DNA of 64,000 nucleotides, from assembly GCA_030390025.1 (NCBI GenBank), contig CM059438.1, positions 57,228,001 through 57,292,000 on the forward strand, written 5' to 3'. The notes beneath the pieces are model-generated. The model saw nothing but the letters and a program-made list of their open reading frames with translations, did not search any database and was not told where the DNA came from. The position numbers and the translations under genes were made by a program. Source of the DNA: Squalus acanthias. Lineage: Eukaryota. Every line of letters begins with the position of its first letter. Position 1 is the stretch's first letter. Below are positions 22,011 through 35,200 of the stretch, piece after piece.

Positions 22011-22788
22011 TCTCAGAGGCCTTCCTTTACCATCCGAGGCCTTGCAAGTGTCCAGCAGCACTCCCTGCACACTTAAAAAACTTTTTACATGTATTGCACC
22101 AAGCCACTACTTCAATAAAAAAAAAATCCAGTCCTAAAACGTAAATGCAAACTTAACTGAAAGATATGTGTGTCCCTTTAAGAAATGCTGACAGTGTCTC
22201 TGTCAGTTTGCTGCATGCTCGCTTTTCAGAGCGAGCTTAGGACCCAGCGCTAAGGTCGATGTTCGCAGAACGTCACGTTAAGTCGGCGTTGCATGCCGAC
22301 TGACGTCACACTCACCCATTTGCATCTCCAGGGCCAGAGCTGCTATCGGCAGTGCTAAGGCCCTCACCAAACAGTCGGCTGCCGAGACCCATGTCAGAGA
22401 AGGGCGTTAGAGTGGCGGCTGCCATTTTTCACCAGGATTCCCGGGTGGCGGGAAGTAGCCCAATTTGTGGGCCTATATTTCACTGTCATGCAATGTTTTA
22501 CTTCAACCATTAGTGGGTTCTTAGACCTGTCCAAGTTTGCACTTGGCCGTGGCAATAATTATGCAAATAGACATGCTCGGAAACAAAGCGATATTAGCCC
22601 TTTCCATTCTGGTGGGATTTGCAGCAGTACTTAAATCTGCTTTGCACCTGGTGATCAAAATTGGCAACAATATCTCTGTAGCACCTCCAATAAACAGTCT
22701 ACTACTGATAGTTAAATAAACAAGGCTTTAATTGTATGAACTCACAGCACTGACAGTTTGAGATTAACAGATGACACTTTCTACTTAC

Positions 22789-23211
22789 GGTGTTGCAATC
22801 AACAATGCATCAATATTTTCCTCAGTGTACATCTCATCGTAATCGAGAGGGGAACACATTCTATATTCCAAAGCAGAGCGAGGAACAAGAAAGATTGAAA
22901 CATTGCATTATTTTCTGGATCACACAAGCCTGTCCAATCTACAACTAATTTTCTATTATCCTGAACGCAATTCACGTAGAAAATATACTCCATATCAGTA
23001 TCCAAAAATTATTACGGCTCTTTTAAGCCTTAACTTTGCTCAATGATATCGATAACAGTCAGTTTCTTGTGTGATCTCTTTACTGAAAAAAGCAATATTT
23101 TTTAAATAATCTGGAGAGTTCACCAGTGACAGAGAAACGACTATTGGTAAAAGTAAGCTTCTGCCTTAGCATGCTACAAAAAGTGGGTAATCCATCACTG
23201 CCAGGATTCCA
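22789..23211 (-). pseudogene. Exon A, with probable start codon and signal peptide
   Basis: Acceptor tgtgttctctcAG|TGGAATCC and donor ACACC|GTAAGT. ATG at 23195 (gcagtgATGG) gives MDYPLFVAC*GRSLLLPIVVSLSLVNSPDYLKNIAFF; the same frame ends ...PRSALEYRMCSPLDYDEMYTEENIDALLIAT(P). The middle (DMEYIFYVNCVQDNRKLVVDWTGLCDPENN) is in a shifted frame. Confidence 0.65.
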
Positions 23212-26200
23212 CTGAGAGAACACAGTTATCAGAGACTGACACTCCACCCAGGGAACACAGTTACCATAGACTGACACTCCACCCAGGGAACACGAGTACC
23301 AGAGACTGACACTCCACTCAGGGAATAAAGTTACCTCAGACTGACACTCCACCCAGGAAACACAGTTACCACAGACTGACACTCCACCCAGGGAACACAG
23401 TTACCACTGACTGACACTCCACCCAGGGAACACAGTTACCACAGACTGACACTCCACCCAGGGAACACAGTTACCAGAGACTGACACTCCACCCAGGGAA
23501 CACAGTTACCAGAGGCTGACACTCCACGCAGGCAACAGTCACCAGAGAGTGACACTCCACCAGGGAACACAGTTACCACAGACTGACACTCCACCCAGGG
23601 AACATAGTTACCACAGACTCACACTCCACCCAGGGAACATAGTTACCACAGACTGACACTCCACCGAGGGAACACAGTTACTACAGACTGACACTCCAAC
23701 GAGAGAACACAGTTACCAGAAACTGACACTCCACCCAAGGAACACAGTTACCAGAGACTGACACTACACCCAGGAAAGACAGTTACCAGCGACTGACACT
23801 CCACCAGGGAAAACAGTTACCAGAGACTGACACTGCACCAGGGAACACAGTTACCAGAGACTGACACTATACCCAGGGAACACAGTTACCAGAGACTGAC
23901 ACTATACCCAGGAAAGACAGTTACCAGCGACTGACACTCCACCAGGGAACATAGTTACCAGAGACTGAAACTCCACCAAGGGAACACAGTTACCACAGAC
24001 TGATACTCCACCCAGGGAACACAGTTACCAGAGACTGACACTCCACCCAGGGAACACAGTTACCAGAGACTGACACTATACCCAGGAAAGACAGTTACCA
24101 GCGACTGACACTCCACCAGGGAACATAGTTACCAGAGACTGAAACTCCACCAAGGGAACACAGTTACCACAGACTGATACTCCACCCAGAGAACACAGTT
24201 ACCAGAGACAGACACTCCACCCAGGGAACACAGTTACCAGAGACTGACACTCCACCCAGGGAACACAGTTACCAGAGACTGACACACCACCCAGAGAACA
24301 CAGTTACCTCAGACTGACACTCCACTCAGGGAATAAAGTTACCTCAGACTGACACTCCACCCAGGAAACACAGTTACCACAGACTGACACTCCACCCAGG
24401 GAACACAGTTACCACTGACTGACACTCCACCCAGGGAACACAGTTACCACAGACTGACACTCCACCCAGGGAACACAATTACCAGAGACTGACACACCAC
24501 CCAGAGAACACAGTTACCTCAGACTGACACTCCACTCAGGGAATAAAGTTACCTCAGACTGACACTCCACCCAGGAAACACAGTTACCACAGACTGACAC
24601 TCCACCCAGGGAACACAGTTACCACTGACTGACACTCCACCCAGGGAACACAGTTACCACAGACTGACACTCCACCCAGGGAACACAGTTACCAGAGACT
24701 GACACTCCACCCAGGGAACACAGTTACCAGAGACTAACACTCCACCCAGGGAACACAGTTACCAGAGACTGACACTCCACCCAGGGAACACAGTTACCAG
24801 AGACTGACACTCCACCCAGGGAACACAGTTACCAGAGACTGACACTCCACCGGGAACAGTTACCAGAGACTGACACCACAGGAACACAGTTACCAGAGAC
24901 TGACACTCCACCCAGGGAACACAGTTACCACAGACTGACACTCCACCCAGGGAACATAGTTACCAGAGACTGACACTCCACCAGGGAACACAGTTACCAG
25001 AGACTGACACTCCACCCAGGGAACACAGTTACCACAGACTGACACTCCACCAGAGAACACAGTTACCAGAGACTGACACTCCACCCAGGGAACACAGTTA
25101 CCAGAGACTGACACTCCACCAGGGAACACAGTTACCAGAGACTGACACTCCACCCAGGGAACACAGTTACCAGAGACTGACACTCCACCCAGGGAACACA
25201 GTTACCAGAGACTGACACTCCACCCAGGAAAGACAGTTACCAGCGACTGACACTCCACCAGGGAACACAGTTACCAGAGACTGACACTCCACCAGGGAAC
25301 ACAGTTACCAGAGACTGACACTCCACCCAGGGAACACAGTTACCAAGACTGACACTCCACCCAGGGAACACAGTTACCAGAGACTGACACTCCACCCAGG
25401 AACACAGTTACCAGAGACTGACACTCCACCCAGGGAACACAGTTACCAGAGACTGACACTCCACCCAGGAAAGACAGTTACCAGCGACTGACACTCCACC
25501 AGGGAACACAGTTACCAGAGACTGAAACTCCACCAGGGAACACAGTTACCACAGACTGACACTCCACCCAGAGAACACAGTTACCAGAGACTGACACTCC
25601 ACTCAGGGAACACAGTTACCTCAGACTGACACTCCACCCAGGAACACAGTTACCACAGACTGACACTCCACCCAGGGAACACAGTTACCACAGACTGACA
25701 CTCCACCCAGGGAACACAGTTACCACAGACTGACACTCCACCCAGGGAACACAGTTACCATAGACTGACACTCCACCCAGGGAACACAGTTACCAGAGAC
25801 TGACACTCCACTCAGGGAATACAGTTACCAGAGACTGACACTCCACCCAGGGAACACAGTTACCAGAGACTGACACTCCACCAGGGAACACAGTTACCAG
25901 AGACTGACACTCCACCAGGGAACACAGTTACCAGAGACTGACACTCCACCAGGGAACATAGTTACCACAGATTCGACACTCCACCCAGGGAACACAGTTA
26001 CCAGAGACTGACACTCCACCCAGGGAACACAGTTACCACAGACTGACACTCCACCAGGGAACACAGTTACCAGAGACTGACACTCCATTCAGGGAACACA
26101 GTTACCACAGATTGACACTCCACCCAGGGAACACAGTTACCAGAGACTGACACTCCACCCAGGGAACACAGTTACCAGAGACTGACACTCCACCCAGGGA

Positions 26201-29200
26201 ACACAGTTACCAGAGACTGACACTCCACCCAGGGAACACAGTTACCAGAGACTGACACTCCACCCAGGGAACACAGTTACCAGAGACTGACACTCCACCA
26301 GGGAACACAGTTACCAGAGACTGACACTCCACCGGGAACATAGTTACCACAGACTGACACTCCACCCAGGGAACACAGTTACCACAGACTGACACTCCAC
26401 CCAGGGAACACAGTTACCAGAGACTGACACTCCACCGAGGGAACACAGTTACCAGAGACTGACACTCCACCCAGGGAACACAGTTACCACAGACTGACAC
26501 TCCAACCAGAGAACACAGTTACCAGAGACTGACACTCCACCCAGGGAACACAGTTACCAGAGACTGACACTCCACCAGGGAACACAGTTACCAGAGACTG
26601 ACACTCCACCCAGGGAACACAGTTACCAGAGACTGACACTCCACCCAGGGAACACAGTTACCAGAGACTGACACTACACCCAGGAAAGACAGTTACCAGC
26701 GACTGACACTCCACCAGGGAACACAGTTACCAGAGACTGACACTGCACCAGGGAACACAGTTACCAGAGACTGACACTCCACCCAGGGAACACAGTTACC
26801 AAAGACTGACACTCCACCCAGGGAACACAGTTACCAGAGACTGACACTCCACCCAGAGAACACAGTTACCAGAGACTGACACTCCACCCAGGGAACACAG
26901 TTACCAGAGACTGACACTACACCCAGGAAAGACAGTTACCAGCGACTGACACTCCACCAGGGAACACAGTTACCAGAGACTGAAACTCCACCAAGGGAAC
27001 ACAGTTACCACAGACTGAAACTCCACCCAGAGAACACAGTTACCAGAGACTGACACTCCACTCAGGGAATAAAGTTACCTCAGACTGACACTCCACCCAG
27101 GAAACACAGTTACCACAGACTGACACTCCACCCAGGGAACACAGTTACCACTGACTGACACTCCACCCAGGGAACACAGTTACCACAGACTGACACTCCA
27201 CCCAGGGAACACAGTTACCATAGACTGACACTCCACCCAGGGAACACAGTTACCAGAGACTGACACTCCACTCAGGGAATACAGTTACCAGAGACTGACA
27301 CTCCACCCAGGGAACACAGTTACCAGAGACTGACACTCCACTCAGGGAACACAGTTACCAGAGACTGACACTCCACTCAGGGAATACAGTTACCAGAGAC
27401 TGACACTCCATCGGGTAACATAGTTACCACAGATTCACACTCCACCCAGGGAACATAGTTACCAGAGACTGACACTCCACCCAGGGAACACAGTTACCAC
27501 AGACTGACACTCCACCCAGGGAACACAGTTACCAGAGACTGACACTCCACCAGGGAACACAGTTACCAGAGACTGACATTCCACCGGGGAACATAGTTAC
27601 CACAGACCCACACTCCACCCAGGGAACACAGTTACCACAGACTCACACTCCACCCAGGCAACAGTCACCAGAGAGTGACACTCCACCAGGGAACACAGTT
27701 ACCACAGACTGACACTCCACCAGGGAACACAGTTACCAGAGACTGACACTCCACCAGGGAACACAGTTACCAGAGACTGACACTCCACCAGGGAACACAG
27801 TTACCACAGACTGACACTCCACCAGGGAACACAGTTACCAGAGACTGACACTCCACCCAGGGAACACAGTTACCAGAGACTGACACTACACCCAGGAAAG
27901 ACAGTTACCAGCGACTGACACTCCACCAGGGAACACAGTTACCAGAGACTGAAACTCCACCAAGGGAACACAGTTACCACAGACTGACACTCCACCCAGA
28001 GAACACAGTTACCAGAGACAGACACTCCACCCAGGGAACACAGTTACCAGAGACTGACACTCCACCCAGGGAACACAGTTACCAGAGACTTACACTCCAC
28101 CCAGGGAACACAGTTACCAGAGACTGACACACCACCCAGAGAACACAGTTACCTCAGACTGACACTCCACTCAGGGAATAAAGTTACCTCAGACTGACAC
28201 TCCACCCAGGAAACACAGTTACCACAGACTGACACTCCACCCAGGGAACACAGTTACCACTGACTGACACTCCACCCAGGGAACACAGTTACCAGAGACT
28301 GACACTCCACCAGGGAACATAGTTACCACAGACTGACACTCCACCCAGGGAACACAGTTACCACAGACTGACACTCCACCCAGGGAACACAGTTACCAGA
28401 GACTGACACTCCACCGAGGGAACACAGTTACCAGAGACTGACACTCCACCCAGGGAACACAGTTACCACAGACTGACACTCCACCAGAGAACACAGTTAC
28501 CAGAGACTGACACTCCACCCAGGGAACACAGTTACCAGAGACTGACACTCCACCAGGGAACACAGTTACCAGAGACTGACACTCCACCCAGGGAACACAG
28601 TTACCAGAGACTGACACTCCACCAGGGAACACAGTTACCAGAGACTGACACTCCACCCAGGGAACACAGTTACCAGAGACTGACACTCCACTCAGGGAAT
28701 ACAGTTACCAGAGACTGACACTCCACCAGGGAACACAGTTACCAGAGACTGACACTCCATCGGGTAACATAGTTACCACAGATTCACACTCCACCCAGGG
28801 AACATAGTTACCAGAGACTGACACTCCACCCAGGGAACACAGTTACCACAGACTGACACTCCACCCAGGGAACACAGTTACCAGAGACTGACACTCCACC
28901 CAGAGAACACAGTTACCAGAGACTGACACTCCACCCAGGGAACACAGTTACCAGAGACTGACACTCCACCCAGGGAACACAGTTACCAGAGACTGACACT
29001 CCACCCAGAGAACACAGTTACCAGAGACTGACACTCCACCCAGGGAACACAGTTACCAGAGACTGACACTACACCCAGGAAAGACAGTTTCCAGCGACTG
29101 ACACTCCACCAGGGAACACAGTTACCAGAGACTGAAACTCCACCAAGGGAACACAGTTACCAGAGACTGACACTCCACCCAGGGAACACAGTTACCAGAG

Positions 29201-32200
29201 ACTGACACTCCACCCAGAGAACACAGTTACCAGAGACTGACACTCCACTCAGGGAATAAAGTTACCTCAGACTGAAACTCCACCCAGGAAACACAGTTAC
29301 CACAGACTGACACTCCACCCAGGGAACACAGTTACCACTGACTGACACTCCACCCAGGGAACACAGTTACCACAGACTGACACTCCACCCAGGGAACACA
29401 GTTACCATAGACTGACACTCCACCCAGGGAACACAGTTACCAGAGACTGACACTCCACTCAGGGAATACAGTTACCTCAGACTGACACTCCACCCAGGAA
29501 ACACAGTTACCACAGACTGACACTCCACCCAGGGAACACAGTTACCACTGACTGACACTCCACCCATTGAACACAGTTACCACAGACTGACACTCCACCC
29601 AGGGAACACAGTTACCAGAGACTGACACTCCACCCAGGGAACACAGTTACCAGAGACTGACACTCCACCCAGGGAACACAGTTACCAGAGACTGACACTA
29701 CACCCAGGAAAGACAGTTACCAGCGACTGACACTCCACCAGGGAACACAGTTACCAGAGACTGACACTGCACCAGGGAACACAGTTACCAGAGACTGACA
29801 CTGCACCAGGGAACACAGTTACCAGAGACTGACACTCCACCCAGGAAACACAGTTACCACAGACTGACACTCCACCCAGGGAACACAGTTACCACTGACT
29901 GACACTCCACACAGGGAACACAGTTACCACAGACTGACACTCCACCCAGGGAACACAGTTACCATAGACTGACACTCCACCCAGGGAACACAGTTACCAG
30001 AGACTGACACTCCACTCAGGGAATACAGTTACCAGAGACTGACACTCCACCCAGGGAACACAGTTACCAGAGAGTGACACTCCACTCAGGGAACACAGTT
30101 ACCAGAGACTGACACTCCACCCAGGAAACACAGTTACCACAGACTGACACTCCACCCAGGGAACACAGTTACCACTGACTGACACTCCACACAGGGAACA
30201 CAGTTACCACAGACTGACACTCCACCCAGGGAACACAGTTACCATAGACTGACACTCCACCCAGGGAACACAGTTACCACTGACTGACACTCCACACAGG
30301 GAACACAGTTACCACAGACTGACACTCCACCCAGGGAACACAGTTACCACTGACTGACACTCCACACAGGGAACACAGTTACCACAGACTGACACTCCAC
30401 CCAGGGAACACAGTTACCATAGACTGACACTCCACTCAGGGAACAGTTACCAGAGAGTGACACTCCACCAGGGAACACAGTTACCACAGACTGACACTCC
30501 AACCAGAGAACACAGTTACCAGAAACTGACACTCCACCCAGGGAACACAGTTACCAGAGACTGACACTACACCCAGGAAAGACAGTTACCAGCGACTGAA
30601 ACTCCACCAGGGAACACAGTTACCAGAGACTGACACTGCACCAGGGAACACAGTTACCAGAGACTGACACTCCACCCAGGGAACACAGTTACCAGAGACT
30701 GACACTCCACCCAGGGAACACAGTTACCAGAGACTGACACTCCACCCAGAGAACACAGTTACCAGAGACTGACACTCCACCCAGGGAACACAGTTACCAG
30801 AGACTGACACTACACCCAGGAAAGACAGTTACCAGCGACTGACACTCCACCAGGGAACACAGTTACCAGAGACTGAAACTCCACCAAGGGAACACAGTTA
30901 CCAGAGACTGACACTACACCCAGGGAACACAGTTACCAGAGACTGACACTACACCCAGGAAAGACAGTTACCAGCGACTGACACTCCACCAGGGAACACA
31001 GTTACCAGAGACTGAAACTCCACCCAGTGAACACAGTTACCAGAGACTGACACTCCATCCAGGGAACACAGTTACCAGAAACAGACACTCCACGCAGGGA
31101 ACACAGTTACCAGAGACTGACACTCCACCCAGGGAACACAGTTACCAGAGACTGACACTCCACCCAGAGAACACAGTTACCAGAGACTGACACTCCACTC
31201 AGGGAATAAAGTTACCTCAGACTGACACTCCACCCAGGAAACACAGTTACCACAGACTGACACTCCACCCAGGGAACACAGTTACCACTGACTGACACTC
31301 CACCCAGGGAACACAGTTACCAGAGACTGACACTCCACCCAGGGAACACAGTTACCAGAGACTGACACTCCACCAGGGAATACAGTTACCAGAGACTGAC
31401 ACTCCACCCAGGGAACACAGTTACCACAGACTGACACTCCACCCAGGGAACACAGTTACCATAGACTGACACTCCACCCAGGGAACACAGTTACCAGAGA
31501 CTGACACTCCACTCAGGGAATACAGTTACCAGAGACTGACACTCCACCCAGGGAACACAGTTACCAGAGAGTGACACTCCACCAGGGAACACAGTTACCA
31601 GAGACTGACACTCCACCCAGGGAACACAGTTACCAGAGACTGACACTCCACTCAGGGAATACAGTTACCAGAGACTGACACTCCACTCAGGGAATACAGT
31701 TACCAGAGACTGACACTCCACCCAGGGAACACAGTTACCAGAGAGTGACACTCCACCAGGGAACACAGTTACCAGAGACTGACACTCCACCCAGGGAACA
31801 CAGTTACCAGAGACTGACACTCCACCCAGGGAACACAGTTACCAGAGACTGACACTCCACCCAGGGAACACAGTTACCAGAGACTGACACTCCACCAGGG
31901 AACACAGTTACCAGAGACTGAAACTCCACCAAGGGAACACAGTTACCACAGACTGACACTTCACCCAGGGAACACAGTTACCAGAGACTGACACTCCACC
32001 CGGAGAACACAGTTACCAGAGACTGACACTCCACCCAGGGAACACAGTTACCAGAGACTGACACTCCACCCATGGAACACAGTTACCAGAGACTGACACA
32101 CCACCCAGAGAACACAGTTACCAGAGACTGACACTCCACTCAGGGAATAAAGTTACCTCAGACTGAAACTCCACCCAGGAAACACAGTTACCACAGACTG

Positions 32201-35200
32201 ACACACCACCCAGGGAACACAGTTACCACTGACTGACACTCCACCCAGGGAACACAGTTACCACAGACTGACACTCCACCCAGGGAACACAGTTACCATA
32301 GACTGACACTCCACCCAGGGAACACAGTTACCAGAGACTGACACTCCACTCAGGGAATAAAGTTACCTCAGACTGACACTCCACCCAGGAAACACAGTTA
32401 CCACAGACTGACACTCCACCCAGGGAACACAGTTACCACTGACTGACACTCCACCCATTGAACACAGTTACCACAGACTGACACTCCACCCAGGGAACAC
32501 AACTACCAGAGACTGACACTCCACCCAGGGAACACAATTACCAGAGACTGACACTCCACCCAGGGAACACAGTTACCAGAGGCTGACACTCCACCCAGGC
32601 AACAGTCACCAGAGACTGACACTCCACCAGGGAACACAGTTACCACAGACTGACACTCCACCCAGGGAACACAGTTACCAGAGACTGACACTCCACCAGG
32701 GAACACAGTTACCAGAGACTGACACTACACCCAGGAAAGACAGTTACCAGCGACTGACACTCCACCAGGGAACACAGTTACCAGAGACTGAAACTCCACC
32801 AAGGGAACACAGTTACCAGAGACAGACACTCCACCCAGGGAACACAGTTACCAGAGACAGACACTCCACTCAGGGAACACAGTTACCAGAGACTGACACT
32901 CCACCCAGGGAACACAGTTACCAGAGACTGACACCCCACCCAGAGAACACAGTTACCAGAGACTGACACTCCACCCAGGGAACACAGTTACCATAGACTG
33001 ACACTCCACCCAGGGAACACAGTTACCACAGACTGACACTCCACCCAGGAAACACAGTTACCACAGACTGACACTCCACCCAGGGAACACAGTTACCACT
33101 GACTGACACTCCACCCAGGGAACACAGTTACCATAGACTGACACTCCACCCAGGGAACACAGTTACCAGAGACTGACACTCCACTCAGGGAATACAGTTA
33201 GCAGAGACTGACACTCCACTCAGGGAACACAGTTACCACAGACTGACACTCCACCCAGGGAACACAGTTACCATAGACTGACACTCCACCCAGGGAACAC
33301 AGTTACCAGAGACTGACACTCCACTCAGGGAATACAGTTACCAGAGACTGACACTCCACCCAGGGAACACAGTTACCAGAGAGTGACACTCCACTCAGGG
33401 AATACAGTTACCAGAGACTGACACTCCACCAGGGAACACAGTTACCAGAGATAGACACTCCACCAGGGAACACAGTTACCAGAGACTGACACTCCACTCA
33501 GGGAACAGTTACCAGAGAGTGACACTCCACCAGCGAACACAGTTACCAGAGACTGACACTCCATCGGGTAACATAGTTACCACAGACTGACACTCCACCC
33601 AGGGAACATAGTTACCAGAGACTGACACTCCACCCAGGGAACACAGTTACCAGAGACTGACACTCCACCCAGGGAACACAGTTACCAGAGACTGACACTC
33701 CAACCAGAGAACACAGTTACCAGAGACTGACACTCCACCCAGGGAACACAGTTACCAGAGACTGACACTCCACCCAGGGAACACAGTTACCAGAGACTGA
33801 CACTCCACCCAGGGAACACAGTTACCACTGACTGACACTCCACCCAGAGAACACAGTTACCAGAGACTGACACTCCACCCAGGGAACACAGTTACCAGAG
33901 ACTGACACTACACCCAGGAAAGACAGTTACCAGCGACTGACACTCCACCAGGGAACACAGTTACCAGAGACTGAAACTCCACCAAGGGAACACAGTTACC
34001 ACAGACTGACACTCCACCCAGAGAACACAGTTACCAGAGACTGACACTCCACCCAGGGAACACAGTTACCAGAGACTGACACTCCACCCAGGGAACACAG
34101 TTACCAGAGACTGACACACCACCCAGAGAACACAGTTACCAGAGACTGACACTCCACTCAGGGAATAAAGTTACCTCAGACTGAAACTCCAACCAGGGAA
34201 CACAGTTACCACAGACTGACACTCCACCCAGGGAACACAGTTACCACAGACTGACACTCCACCCAGGGAACACAGTTACCAGAGACTGACACTCCACCCA
34301 GGGAACACAGTTACCAGAGACTGACACTCCACCAGGGAATAAAGTTACCTCAGACTGACACTCCACCCAGGAACACAGTTACCACAGACTGACACTCCAC
34401 CCAGGGAACACAGTTACCACTGACTGACACTCCACCCAGTGAACACAGTTACCACAGACTGACACTCCACCCAGGGAACACAGTTACCATAGACTGACAC
34501 TCCACCCAGGGAACACAGTTACCAGAGACTGACACTCCACCAGGGAACACAGTTACCTCAGACTGACACTCCACCCAGGAAACACAGTTACCACAGACTG
34601 ACACTCCACCCAGAGAACACAGTTACCACTGACTGACACCCCACCCAGAGAACACAGTTACCAGAGACTGACACTCCACTCAGGGAATAAAGTTACCTCA
34701 GACTGAAACTCCACCCAGGAAACACAGTTACCACAGACTGACACTCCACCCAGGGAACACAGTTACCACTGACTGACACTCCACCCAGGGAACACAGTTA
34801 CCACAGACTGACACTCCACCCAGGGAACACAGTTACCATAGACTGACACTCCACCCAGGGAACACAGTTACCAGAGACTGACACTCCACTCAGGGAATAA
34901 AGTTACCTCAGACTGACACTCCACCCAGGAAACACAGTTACCACAGACTGACACTCCACCCAGGGAACACAGTTACCACTGACTGACACTCCACCCATGG
35001 AACACAGTTACCACAGACTGACACTCCACCCAGGGAACACAATTACCAGAGACTGACACTCCACCCAGGGAACACAATTACCAGAGACTGACACTCCACC
35101 CAGGGAACACAGTTACCAGAGGCTGACACTCCACCCAGGCAACAGTCACCAGAGACTGACACTCCACCAGGGAACACAGTTACCACAGACTGACACTCCA

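Larger units (their letters stand above)
15891..22473. mobile_element. Defective Harbinger (PIF) DNA transposon with long TIRs, hosting nested LINEs
   Basis: 15891-16060 is the imperfect reverse complement of ~22300-22473 (shared gaaaaatggc-gccgc-actctaacgcc, tttggtgagggccttagcactgcc, tggccctggagat-caaatg, gacgtcag). It holds a + strand Myb/SANT remnant and a convergent - strand transposase tail. Confidence 0.8.
1247..23211 (-). pseudogene. Unprocessed multi-exon pseudogene for an unidentified secreted Cys-rich protein
   Basis: Six non-repeat segments bounded by AG/GT, with compatible phases at four junctions (IATP|CSHD, LNLSH|HKPW, LKLQ|FTIG, WDPDG|FQQT). Multiple stops and frameshifts, plus one TE inserted in an exon. 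Confidence 0.7.
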
